Assembly: GCA_025357795.1 (NCBI GenBank) | Contig: JANYLN010000292.1 | Coordinates: 1-46,910, forward strand | DNA from: Planctomycetota bacterium | GTDB taxonomy: Bacteria; Planctomycetota; Phycisphaerae; UBA1845; JANYLN01 | DNA length: 46,910 nt | Direction: 5' to 3' | Shown here: positions 35,818 to 44,408 of the stretch, one piece after another | How the letters are laid out: each line of letters opens with the position of its first letter | Numbering within the stretch: position 1 is the first letter of the stretch | The notes under the pieces: model-generated | Databases searched by the model: none | What the model was told of the DNA's origin: nothing | What the model saw: only the letters and a program-made list of their open reading frames with translations | Made by a program: the position numbers and the translations under genes

Positions 35818-36048
35818 ATGGCCAAGCAGGCAAGCAACAACATCATCGTTGATGGGATCGTCAAAGAATCCCTCCCCAACGCGATGTTCCGCGTCGAAGT
35901 AGAGCTGGGTGGACGTAAGCATGAAGTGTTGGCCCATGTATCGGGCAAGATGCGTATGCACTTCATCAAGATCCTGCCCGGCGACTCGGTGACGCTGGAG
36001 ATTTCGCCCTACGACCTCAGCCGCGGGCGGATCACGGTGCGCAAGTAG
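35818..36048 (+). CDS. infA: translation initiation factor IF-1
   Basis: [64 protein letters not shown] 35818; the ORF track starts at TTG 35809. Confidence 0.94.
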   Translation: MAKQASNNIIVDGIVKESLPNAMFRVEVELGGRKHEVLAHVSGKMRMHFIKILPGDSVTLEISPYDLSRGRITVRK

Positions 36049-36099
36049 GTGATTGGCCTCCAGGCCAGGCAAACGGGACGGACGAGACAGGAGGTTGTT

Positions 36100-36213
36100 G
36101 TGAAGGTCAGAAGCAGCGTAAGACGCATTTGTGAGCATTGCAAGATCATTCGGCGCCACAGCGTGCTGCGGGTGATCTGCACGAACCCCCGGCACAAGCA
36201 GCGGCAGGGCTGA
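36100..36213 (+). CDS. rpmJ: 50S ribosomal protein L36
   Basis: 37-aa ORF, below the ORF-track cutoff: (V)[42 protein letters not shown] lies 5 nt upstream of GTG 36100. Confidence 0.9.
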   Translation: MKVRSSVRRICEHCKIIRRHSVLRVICTNPRHKQRQG

Positions 36214-36240
36214 TATCAGTGTTGACTGGAGAGTGATGGT

Positions 36241-36630
36241 ATGCCACGTGTAGCAGGTGTAGATATTCCGTCCAACAAGCGACTGTGGATCAGTCTGCAG
36301 TACGTTTTCGGGATCGGTGACGCCACGGCCAAGAAGATCTGCGAGGCCGCAGGCGTGGACCACTTCCGCAAGACCAACGATCTGACTGACGAGGAACTCG
36401 CCCGCGTCAACTCGACGATCGACCGCGACTTCCTGGTCGAGGGTGGGCTGCGTCGCCAGGTCCAGCAGAACATCCAGCGGTTGATCCACATCAACAGCTA
36501 CCGCGGGTTGCGTCATCGCCGCGGGCTGCCTGTGCGAGGGCAGCGGACCAAGACCAACGCGCGTACTCGTAAGGGGCCGCGCAAGACTGTCGCTGGCAAG
36601 AAGGGCGTGAAGGAGATGCACCGTGGCTAA
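36241..36630 (+). CDS. rpsM: 30S ribosomal protein S13
   Basis: [26 protein letters not shown]... is a typical S13. Confidence 0.96.
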   Translation: MPRVAGVDIPSNKRLWISLQYVFGIGDATAKKICEAAGVDHFRKTNDLTDEELARVNSTIDRDFLVEGGLRRQVQQNIQRLIHINSYRGLRHRRGLPVRGQRTKTNARTRKGPRKTVAGKKGVKEMHRG

Positions 36631-37018
36631 AGCGGCTCCCAAGGCAGGCGGCCGCCGCAAGCAGCGGCGGACGATTAATACGGCAATTGCGTTGATCAAG
36701 GCGACTTTCAACAACACCATGATCACCATCACCGATACCAACGGCGACGTGCTGGCGTGGGCCTCGGCCGGGACCGCCGGCTTCAAGGGCACCCGTAAGA
36801 GCACGCCGTTTGCGGCACAGCGGGCGGCGGACGCCGTCGCCGGCGCCGCCAAACGCTACGGCATTCACGAACTGGAAGTTCGGGTCAAGGGCCCGGGCAG
36901 CGGCCGCGAGTCCGCGGTCACCGCCCTGCAGGCCGCTGGCCTGAAGATCCTGAGCATCGAAGATATTACACCGCTGCCGCACAACGGCTGCCGCCCGCCA
37001 AAGAGGCGGCGCGTCTAG
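36623..37018 (+). CDS. rpsK: 30S ribosomal protein S11
   Basis: [45 protein letters not shown]. The GTG start overlaps rpsM by 8 nt. Confidence 0.95.
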   Translation: MAKAAPKAGGRRKQRRTINTAIALIKATFNNTMITITDTNGDVLAWASAGTAGFKGTRKSTPFAAQRAADAVAGAAKRYGIHELEVRVKGPGSGRESAVTALQAAGLKILSIEDITPLPHNGCRPPKRRRV

Positions 37019-37080
37019 GTCGGCTTGGCGATAGCGACGGTTGGCAAGATACCGAGTGACTCAAGAATAGAAGCGAGACT

Positions 37081-37713
37081 ATGGGACGATATACTGGACC
37101 AGCGTGCAGGCTCTGCCGACGTGAAGGCATCAAGTTGATGATCAAGGGGGTCCGTTGCGACTCCGCCAAGTGCGCCATGGAAAAGCAATGGCGCCAGCAG
37201 CCTCCGGGCATGCACGGCTGGAAGCGGACCCGTGGGACGGAATATGCCGTCCGCCTCCGCGAGAAGCAGAAGGTCAAGAGGTACTATGGCCTGATGGACG
37301 CGCAGTTCATGCGGTTCTTCCGCATGGCCTCCCGCATCCCGGGCAACACCGGCCAGATCCTGCTGCAGTTCCTCGAGCGGCGGTTGGACAACGTCATCTA
37401 CAAGATGGGCTTGGCCCTGTCGCGCCGCAGCTCGCGACAGATGGTCGTTCACGGCCACATCTATGTCAACGGCAAGAAGGTCGATCGCCCGAGCTACTTG
37501 GTCAACCAGGGCGACAAGATCACCGTCAAGGCCGGCGAGCACAGCCGCAATCTGGTCAAGAGTATCGTGGCGGCCACCGAGAGCCACACGCTGCAGGGCT
37601 GGCTCCAGCTGGACCGCAATAACCTGGAAGGGACCGTGTTGGCTTTGCCCACTCGCGAGGACGTGCAGATCCCCGTCGAGGAGAATCTGATCGTCGAGTT
37701 CTGCAGCCGCTGA
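37081..37713 (+). CDS. rpsD: 30S ribosomal protein S4
   Basis: MGRYTGPACRLCRREGIKLMIKG... with an S4 domain in the C-terminal half. Confidence 0.95.
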   Translation: MGRYTGPACRLCRREGIKLMIKGVRCDSAKCAMEKQWRQQPPGMHGWKRTRGTEYAVRLREKQKVKRYYGLMDAQFMRFFRMASRIPGNTGQILLQFLERRLDNVIYKMGLALSRRSSRQMVVHGHIYVNGKKVDRPSYLVNQGDKITVKAGEHSRNLVKSIVAATESHTLQGWLQLDRNNLEGTVLALPTREDVQIPVEENLIVEFCSR

Positions 37714-37845
37714 TCGTGCGGTAGGGACAGGCGTTGAAGGTGGGATTAGGTTCGCGTATGTTAACGAAATCCAAGGCGGCGCTCGCGATGGCCGTAGATG
37801 CGATGCGGGCGCTTAGAACGCTTCCGCGAACGGGAGGCAAACCAG

Positions 37846-38949
37846 ATGCGGATCAGGTGGCGTGGACTTGAGTTGCCAAGTCAGGTCCTCAAAGACGAAG
37901 TAATCAGCACCCGTACGTACGGGCGGTTCGTGATCGAACCGTTCGAGCGTGGTTTCGGTACCACGGTGGGCAACAGCCTGCGGCGGATATTGTTGAGCAG
38001 TCTGGAAGGCGCAGCGGTCGTACGCGTCAAGATCAGAGGCGCCGACCACGAGTTTACCAGTCTGCCGGGCGTGCTCGAGGATGTGACCGACCTCATCCTC
38101 AACATCAAGAAGATCGTCGTTCGCCTCGAGGGCGACGAACCCAAGTCCATGCGCATTGAGCGCAGTACCAAGGGCGTGATCACCGCGGGCGATATCCAGG
38201 CCGATGCCGCCATCGAGGTCATCAACAAGGACCATGTCCTGGCGACCCTGACGGATGACATCAACTTCTCGATCGAGATGACCGTCGGCAAGGGCCGCGG
38301 ATACGTCCCGGCCGAGGAAAACATCAGCCTGGATATGGAGATCGGCATCATCCCGGTCGACTCGATGTTCAGCCCCGTCACCCGCGTGCGCTACAAGACC
38401 GAGGACACTCGCGTCGGCCAGCGCACCAACTATGACCGGCTGGTCATGGAGATCTGGACCAAGGGCACCATCAGCCCCGAGATGGCGCTGGTCGAGGCTG
38501 CCAAGATCCTTCGCAAGCACCTCAACCCGTTCGTCCAGTACTTCGATCTGGGCGAGCAGGCCGTCCCTGTCGAGGCGGACAGCGGCCCCGAAGACGCCCC
38601 GGAGGCAGCCGCCGGAACCAACGGTAGCCCCGTCGACGTGGATGAGGAGCTGCAGCAGAAACTCAACATGAGTATCGCCGAACTGGACCTGTCGGTGCGG
38701 GCGAATAACTGCCTCGAGTCCGCCCACATGAACACCGTCGGCGACCTGGTCCGCATGAATGAGGCTGACCTCCTGAAGGTCCGCTCATTTGGCAAGACCT
38801 CCCTGCGGGAAGTCAAACGCAAGCTCGCCGACATCGGTCTGGGCCTCGGCATGAATCTGCCGGCTGGCGCCACCGCGGGCGCTGCAGGGACCGCTTCGGC
38901 CGAAGCCCCGCATGTACCGGATAGCGCACCCGGTTCGGCTGGCGTCTGA
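37846..38949 (+). CDS. rpoA: DNA-directed RNA polymerase subunit alpha
   Basis: [30 protein letters not shown] at the N-terminal domain and [13 protein letters not shown] in the CTD. GGGAGG lies 8 nt upstream of ATG 37846. Confidence 0.95.
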   Translation: MRIRWRGLELPSQVLKDEVISTRTYGRFVIEPFERGFGTTVGNSLRRILLSSLEGAAVVRVKIRGADHEFTSLPGVLEDVTDLILNIKKIVVRLEGDEPKSMRIERSTKGVITAGDIQADAAIEVINKDHVLATLTDDINFSIEMTVGKGRGYVPAEENISLDMEIGIIPVDSMFSPVTRVRYKTEDTRVGQRTNYDRLVMEIWTKGTISPEMALVEAAKILRKHLNPFVQYFDLGEQAVPVEADSGPEDAPEAAAGTNGSPVDVDEELQQKLNMSIAELDLSVRANNCLESAHMNTVGDLVRMNEADLLKVRSFGKTSLREVKRKLADIGLGLGMNLPAGATAGAAGTASAEAPHVPDSAPGSAGV

Positions 38950-39027
38950 GTGAAGTTGTCGTTAGCCCCTTAAGGGCGTGGATAGTAGCCCGGTACTTAA
39001 AGTGCTGGGGACCAAAGGATACCGACT

Positions 39028-39672
39028 ATGCGTCATCGAGTTTCGGGTAGGAAGTTCAATCGGACCAGTGAGCATCGCCTCGCGATGTTCCGCAATGCCG
39101 CCCAGTCGCTGTTCGAGCACGGGCAGATCGTTACCACGCTGGAAAAGGCCAAAGACGTCCGCCGCTTTGCGGAGAAGCTGATCACGATGGCCAAGGAGGC
39201 CCATGGCGGTAGCCTGGCCGCCCGCCAGCGGATTATCTCCAAGATGCAGGACCGTGCCGTGATCCCCGCCGATCGGCAAAAGGATTACGACCTCATGACC
39301 GACGGCAAGCGCAAGAAGGTCCTCCGCTCACCCTCCGGCCGGCGCTGGCGCCTCGGCGGTCCGAAGCTCGGCATGGAGTTCACTGCCGAATCGATCGTCA
39401 ACCGCCTGATTAATACCGTCGCCCCGAAATTCGAGAAACGCACCGGCGGCTACACCCGGATCATCCGGCTCGGCCGGCCGCGGATCGGTGACAACGCCAC
39501 CCGCGCCATCCTGCAGCTCGTTGGCCCGGAAGAGCCCGCGGGCTCGGTTGGCAAGCGCGGTACTACCGCCCGCAAGGCCCGCGCCGATAGTCGCCGCAAG
39601 TTCCTTGAGCAGGCCCTGAAAAAGGCCGCGGGCGCCGGCGAAGCCAAGCCCGCCGAAGGCGCTCAGGGTTAA
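39028..39672 (+). CDS. rplQ: 50S ribosomal protein L17 (expanded, 214 aa)
   Basis: MRHRVSGRKFNRTSEHRLAMFRNAAQSL... and GGYTRIIRLGRPRIGDNA blocks, following rpoA. Confidence 0.94.
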   Translation: MRHRVSGRKFNRTSEHRLAMFRNAAQSLFEHGQIVTTLEKAKDVRRFAEKLITMAKEAHGGSLAARQRIISKMQDRAVIPADRQKDYDLMTDGKRKKVLRSPSGRRWRLGGPKLGMEFTAESIVNRLINTVAPKFEKRTGGYTRIIRLGRPRIGDNATRAILQLVGPEEPAGSVGKRGTTARKARADSRRKFLEQALKKAAGAGEAKPAEGAQG

Positions 39673-39732
39673 GAGCCGCAAGCATTTTCGCGTGTCAGAT
39701 GCTACATTCTGACACCCTATGTGGATAGAATC

Positions 39733-39776
39733 AGGCAGGCCGGTCCGATGCGGACCGGCCTGCCTTCTTGTTTTCT
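39733..39776 (+). terminator. rho-independent terminator closing the alpha operon
   Basis: Perfect 15-bp stem aggcaggccggtccg / cggaccggcctgcct with 3-nt loop, followed by tcttgttttct. Confidence 0.8.
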
Positions 39777-39836
39777 CGGGTACGTTTCCAGTGCCGTTCT
39801 GTTTGGAGTCCCCGCTTTAGCGCGGAGCCAGCTACC

Positions 39837-40262
39837 ATGCCACAGCAAGCCGATTGCGTATTCTGCAAGATCGTAGCCGGCCAGATCCCCTCGGCCAAGG
39901 TCTTCGAGGACGATGCCTGCATCGCCTTCCTGGACATCGGCCCGCTGGCCGACGCCCACCTTCTCATCGTGCCCAAGGAACACTACGAGCGGATCACTGA
40001 CATGCCGGCCCTGGAGTTCGCCGCCGTTACCCTGCGGATCCCCCAACTGGCCCGCGCGGTGATGGAAGTTAGCGGTGCCGAGGGACTCAACGTGCTGCAG
40101 AACAACGGCCAGGTCAGCGGCCAGGCCGTCCCGCACGTGCACATCCACATCATCCCTCGCCGCCAGGGCGACGGCCTGGGCTACCGCTGGAACGCCGGAA
40201 AGTATCCCGAGGGCAAACTGCAGCAACTGCAAAGAGCCCTCGCGGGGGCATTGGGCACCTGA
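39837..40262 (+). CDS. HIT (histidine triad) family protein
   Basis: MPQQADCVFCKIVAGQIPSAKVFEDD... and histidine triad HVHIHIIPR. ATG 39837; the ORF track begins upstream inside the terminator. Confidence 0.88.
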   Translation: MPQQADCVFCKIVAGQIPSAKVFEDDACIAFLDIGPLADAHLLIVPKEHYERITDMPALEFAAVTLRIPQLARAVMEVSGAEGLNVLQNNGQVSGQAVPHVHIHIIPRRQGDGLGYRWNAGKYPEGKLQQLQRALAGALGT

Positions 40263-40276
40263 TGCCAGGTGACAGG

Positions 40277-40939
40277 TTAATCCAGCTTCACCAATCCGTG
40301 CCGGATGGCGTACTTGACTAGCGACGTCTGGTCGTGGATGTCCAGCTTGTTCATCAGGTTGGCGCGGTGCGTCTGGACCGTCTTGATCGAGATCTTCAGC
40401 CGTTCGCCGATCTCGCGGTTGGTCTTGGACTCCGCGATCAACTGCAGGATCTGCCTCTCGCGGCAGGTGAGGTTCTCGTGGCTGTCGCCGTGCTGCTCGG
40501 CTTGCTCGTTGATCACCCGGCGGATGATGGTCTGGCTCACTTCGGGTGACAGGTACGACTCCCCGCGATGCACCCGGCGGACCGCATCGAGGAGCGTGCC
40601 CGCATCGGCGTCCTTGAGCACGTAGCCCGTCCCGCCGAAACGCAGGGCCTGGATGATGTACTCGTCGTCCGCGTGCATCGTCAGGAAAAGCAGCCGGGTG
40701 TTCGGACTGACTTCCCGGATCTTCTGGGCCGCCTCCAGGCCGTTCATGCCCGGCATGGAGATGTCCAGCAGGGCTACGTCCGGATGGTGTGTCCGCGCCA
40801 GATTGATGGCGGTGATGCCATCGCCCGCCTCGGCGACGATGTCGATGTCCGGTGCGTCTTGGAGTAGGGCCACCAAGCCTTGCCGAACCATCTTGTGGTC
40901 CTCAAGGAGTATGGTTCGAATCTTGACGCCGTCGCTCAT
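40277..40939 (-). CDS. NarL/LuxR-family two-component response regulator
   Basis: Receiver domain (ILLEDH..., LLDISMPGMNG, LTMH) plus C-terminal LuxR-type HTH (LTCRERQILQLIAESKTNREIGERLKISIKTVQTHRANLMNKL). Confidence 0.92.
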   Translation of the reverse strand: MSDGVKIRTILLEDHKMVRQGLVALLQDAPDIDIVAEAGDGITAINLARTHHPDVALLDISMPGMNGLEAAQKIREVSPNTRLLFLTMHADDEYIIQALRFGGTGYVLKDADAGTLLDAVRRVHRGESYLSPEVSQTIIRRVINEQAEQHGDSHENLTCRERQILQLIAESKTNREIGERLKISIKTVQTHRANLMNKLDIHDQTSLVKYAIRHGLVKLD

Positions 40940-41328
40940 GTGCTTGCCTCCGTGATGGTTTGAAACTTGATTCGCAACGTCGTACCTTCGCCAACCTGCG
41001 ACTCCAGGGTCATCTTGCCTGCAAACAAATGCGCTCGCTCGTGAATGCCGGTCAGGCCTGTGCCTTGACGAATCTGTCCAAGGTCCATTCCCTTGCCGTC
41101 ATCACTGATGAGCAGGTCCAGCCCTCGCTTTCTAAAAGTCCCCTTCACGACCGCCAGATTGGCCTGCGCGTGACGGACCACGTTTGTCAGCGCTTCCTGC
41201 AAGATTCGGTAAATAGTTGTCTCGAACGATTGATCTAATTTACCCTTTAAACCACGGCTTATCAACTTCACCCGCAGGCCGTATCGGATTTCGATGCCCT
41301 TGGTGTACCACCGCAGCGTTGGCAGCAA
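40936..41328 (-). CDS. histidine kinase C-terminal fragment (HATPase_c only), probably part of a disrupted gene
   Basis: N-box QEALTNVVRHA, DDGKGM and GTGLTGIHERA blocks. Overlaps the regulator start by 4 nt. No H-box; starts only at an internal TTG. Confidence 0.75.
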   Translation of the reverse strand: MLPTLRWYTKGIEIRYGLRVKLISRGLKGKLDQSFETTIYRILQEALTNVVRHAQANLAVVKGTFRKRGLDLLISDDGKGMDLGQIRQGTGLTGIHERAHLFAGKMTLESQVGEGTTLRIKFQTITEAST

Positions 41329-41348
41329 ACCCAGGTCCCCCAGAACCG

Positions 41349-42059
41349 TCAGCCGCAGAGCCGCCGCTGCTCCTCTTCCTGCGACTGGATGATCTTATGC
41401 GACAACTCCCGCAGGCTGGCCCGCTCCAGCATCGCCTCCTCGGCCCGCCGGCGATCCGTGATGTCCCGCGCGATCCCCTCGATGGCGATCAGCAGCCCCG
41501 CCTCGTCATAGATCGCCGTACTGCGCAGTTCCACGAGAACCCACTTGCCCGACTTATGCGGTATGCGGTGCACGAATGGTTTGTCGAACGGCAACTTGCC
41601 CGCCAGGTACTCCTCGAATGGGGGCCGGTCGTCTGGGTGCGTGCATTGCGACACGGGCAGCCGCCCCTCGTAACAGTCCTCGACGCTGTAGCCAAGGGCA
41701 CTTGTGGCCGACGGGCTGACGTACTCGAAGCCTTGTGTCGGATACAGCCGGAATCGATAGATCATGTCCTGGACAGTGCCGGCCAGCCGCCGGAACCGTT
41801 CATCGCTCTCACGCAGGGCCTGCTCGGCCTGTTTGCGGTCCGTGATGTCCTCGAAGGTAACGTGCGCTTCGTGCGGCCAGCTTTCCCCCGCCTTGAACAA
41901 CGGCACGGCGCTAACGCTCATCCAGTGACGCTGCCCGACCTGCGGATTCAGTGCGCCCATGACGATCTTGGCAGGGGATGCCCCGGCCGATGCCGCAGCG
42001 CCGCCTCGGTGCGGCCGAAGTGGATACGTCTGCCGGCCCCCGCCCAGTGCCCCCGGCAA
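41349..42059 (-). CDS. PAS-domain fragment of the same sensor kinase, truncated at both ends
   Basis: Tail of one PAS (..HWMSVSAVPLF..VTFEDITDRKQAEQAL), then a complete PAS (FRRLAGTVQDMIYRF...IEGIARDITDRRRAEEA). It stops right after QSQEEEQRRLCG, at the beginning of a HisKA_3 motif. No ATG start. Confidence 0.7.
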   Translation of the reverse strand: MPGALGGGRQTYPLRPHRGGAAASAGASPAKIVMGALNPQVGQRHWMSVSAVPLFKAGESWPHEAHVTFEDITDRKQAEQALRESDERFRRLAGTVQDMIYRFRLYPTQGFEYVSPSATSALGYSVEDCYEGRLPVSQCTHPDDRPPFEEYLAGKLPFDKPFVHRIPHKSGKWVLVELRSTAIYDEAGLLIAIEGIARDITDRRRAEEAMLERASLRELSHKIIQSQEEEQRRLCG

Positions 42060-42109
42060 TACTATTATGGGCTGTCAGCGGGCCTGTCCAGGTAGTTTGC
42101 GAGACCTCC

Positions 42110-42137
42110 TTGACGGAAAGGGTGCCATATCTATAAT
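42110..42137 (+). promoter_or_regulatory. near-consensus sigma70-like promoter upstream of rplM-rpsI
   Basis: TTGACG (42110-42115), 16-nt spacer, TATAAT (42132-42137). About 100 nt upstream of rplM. Confidence 0.5.
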
Positions 42138-42238
42138 CTACAGTTTCTTCGGTTCTTGCAGCACATGGTATAGCAGCCGCAAATGGCATGCTGCAGGGCT
42201 CCATACGACGAGGAACCGTGTAGGTAGGATTTGGAAAA

Positions 42239-42688
42239 ATGTCCCGAACTGTTTTGACACAAAAGTGTTACCAAGCCAAGCCAGGTGAAGTCACCCAGAA
42301 GTGGTTCGTCGTTGACGCCAAGGACCAGGTCCTGGGCCGCTTGGCGGTCAAGGTTGCCGCGGTGCTGATGGGCAAGGACAAGCCGACCTATACGCCCCAT
42401 GTCGACACGGGCGCGTTTGTGGTGATCATCAACGCCGACAAAATCCGCGTCACCGGCAAAAAGGCCGAGCAGAAGTTCTACGACTACTACACCCGCTATC
42501 CGGGTGGCTACAAGGTCGTTCCTTACGAGGAAATGCTGGCCAAGCATCCGGATCGCGTGATCGAACTGGCCGTCTGGGGTATGATGCCCAAGACCAAGCT
42601 CAGCAAGCACATGATCAAGAAACTCAAGACGTACGCCGGTACCGAGCATCCCCATGTGGCCCAGAATCCTGAGCCGATGGCGGTGTAG
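42239..42688 (+). CDS. rplM: 50S ribosomal protein L13
   Basis: KWFVVDAKDQVLGRLAVKVAAVLMGKDKPTYTPHVDTGAFVVIINADKI is a typical L13. Confidence 0.95.
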   Translation: MSRTVLTQKCYQAKPGEVTQKWFVVDAKDQVLGRLAVKVAAVLMGKDKPTYTPHVDTGAFVVIINADKIRVTGKKAEQKFYDYYTRYPGGYKVVPYEEMLAKHPDRVIELAVWGMMPKTKLSKHMIKKLKTYAGTEHPHVAQNPEPMAV

Positions 42689-42745
42689 GATCGGTAGTGG
42701 ACACGAATTCCCTGATTGGCGATAGCATTGACTGATAACGGAGGT

Positions 42746-43222
42746 ATGGCTGTGGGCGATCAGCCTTTGGAAGTGGCAGTTCAGCAGGCGGAGCAGGTGG
42801 CCGTCCAGGCCCAGCGCAAGCCGTCGGGTCCGAAGTTCGGGTTCTTCTGGGGCACCGGCCGTCGCAAGACCGCCGTCGCCCGCGTCCGCATCAAGCCCGG
42901 CACTGGCAAGTTCGAGGTCAACGGCAAGGGCGTCGATCAGTTCTTCAACGAGATCCGCGACCAGAACTCGGCCAGGGAACCCCTCCGGGTCACTGAGCAG
43001 ATCGGCAAGTGGGACGTCTTCGCCAACACCAATGGTGGTGGCTTCCACGGCCAGGCCGATGCGATCAAACTCGGACTGGCTCGGGCCCTGATCCTGGCCA
43101 ATAACGAGTTCGAGCAGGCCCTGCGGGAGCATAGTCTGCTTAGCCGTGACCCGCGCAAGAAGGAACGCAAGAAGTTCGGCCGGCGCGCTGCCCGCCGTGG
43201 CTTCCAGTTCTCCAAGCGCTAG
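42746..43222 (+). CDS. rpsI: 30S ribosomal protein S9
   Basis: GTGRRKTAVARVRIKPGTGKFEVNG... and C-terminal RKKFGRRAARRGFQFSKR. ATG 42746 with ACGGAGG Shine-Dalgarno preferred over TTG 42716. Confidence 0.93.
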   Translation: MAVGDQPLEVAVQQAEQVAVQAQRKPSGPKFGFFWGTGRRKTAVARVRIKPGTGKFEVNGKGVDQFFNEIRDQNSAREPLRVTEQIGKWDVFANTNGGGFHGQADAIKLGLARALILANNEFEQALREHSLLSRDPRKKERKKFGRRAARRGFQFSKR

Positions 43223-43275
43223 AGCGGTCCTGCCGCCGCACCCTGGCGGCCTTCGGAACGTCCAACGAGAATACC

Positions 43276-43315
43276 AAGGCCCCGTCCTTGCGGCGGGGCC
43301 TTTCTTTTTTATTTT
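43276..43315 (+). terminator. rho-independent terminator after rpsI
   Basis: 9-bp stem aaggccccg / cggggcctt with 9-nt loop, followed by the T-tract tttcttttttatttt. Confidence 0.8.
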
Positions 43316-43372
43316 GCCCGACGTAGAAAAGGTAGGGTGGGCTCTTGCCCACCATCCGTCGAGGGTATACCC

Positions 43373-44392
43373 ATGCAGAAGATTCGCGTGGCAATCGTCG
43401 GTCCGACCGGCTATACCGCCTACGAGTCCATCCGTATCCTGTTGCGCCATCCCCAGGCGCAACTCACCGTGCTGGCCTCGCGACGCGATCCCCAGCCGCA
43501 CATCGCCGACATCTTCCCCGCCCTGCGCGGCATGATCGACCTGCGCTGCGAACCGATCGATCCCGAGGCCATCGCCCAAAAGGCCGACGTCGCCCTCATG
43601 TGCCTGCCGCACGTGGTCGCCATGGAATCCGTGCCGTGCTTCCTGAACGCCGGCATGAAGGTCGTCGATCTCTCCGCCGATTACCGCCTCAGAAACCCGG
43701 CCGATTACCAGCAGTGGTACAAGCACGAGCACGTTGATGCCAAGAACCTCGCCCGTGCTGTCTTCGGCCTGCCCGAGTTCTACCGCCAGCAGGTCCGCAA
43801 GGCTGACCTCGTCGCCAACCCCGGCTGCTACCCGACCGCCTCGATCCTCGGCATCGCCCCGTTTGTCAAGCGTGGCCTGGTCGATCCGGCCGACCTGATC
43901 GTCTCCGCCGCCAGCGGCGTCAGCGGCGCCGGTAAGGAAGCCAGGCCCGAACACCACTTCCCCGAGCGCAACGAGACGTTCGAGGCCTACGGCGTCGGCA
44001 CCCACCGCCACGCCATCGAGATCCAGCGGACCCTCGAGGACATCGCCGGCGCATCGCTGAACCTCACCTTCGTGCCGCACCTCGTGCCCATGCACCGCGG
44101 CATCCTGGCGACGATCATCCTCAAGCCCACCCAGCCAATCACCGCTGACCAGGCGCTCGCGATCCTGGCCGAGCAGTACAAGGACGAGCCGTTCGTCCGC
44201 GTCCGTAAGGACCTGCCCAGCACCAAGGACGTTGCCCTCACCAACTTCTGCGACCTCACCGCCCGCATCGTCAGCGGCAAACTGGTCGTATTGAGCGCGA
44301 TCGACAACCTGATCAAGGGCGCCTCTGGTCAGGCGATCCAGAACATGAACCTCCAGTTCGGCCTGCCCGAGACCGCTGGGCTACTTTGCTAA
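43373..44392 (+). CDS. argC: N-acetyl-gamma-glutamyl-phosphate reductase
   Basis: MQKIRVAIVGPTGYTAYE... (Rossmann N-terminus) and active-site block ANPGCYPTA. ATG 43373 with GAGGG upstream. Confidence 0.93.
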   Translation: MQKIRVAIVGPTGYTAYESIRILLRHPQAQLTVLASRRDPQPHIADIFPALRGMIDLRCEPIDPEAIAQKADVALMCLPHVVAMESVPCFLNAGMKVVDLSADYRLRNPADYQQWYKHEHVDAKNLARAVFGLPEFYRQQVRKADLVANPGCYPTASILGIAPFVKRGLVDPADLIVSAASGVSGAGKEARPEHHFPERNETFEAYGVGTHRHAIEIQRTLEDIAGASLNLTFVPHLVPMHRGILATIILKPTQPITADQALAILAEQYKDEPFVRVRKDLPSTKDVALTNFCDLTARIVSGKLVVLSAIDNLIKGASGQAIQNMNLQFGLPETAGLLC

Positions 44393-44408
44393 GACGGGGA
44401 GCCATCCG

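Noticed and set aside
41911-42204. 97-aa minus-strand ORF upstream of the PAS fragment as the missing N-terminus of the kinase.
   Set aside because: Its translation (…YRYGTLSVKEVSQTTWTGPLTAHNS…) shows no PAS or transmembrane sensor features, it is in a different frame, and it overlaps the near-consensus rplM promoter. At most it is a degraded remnant.
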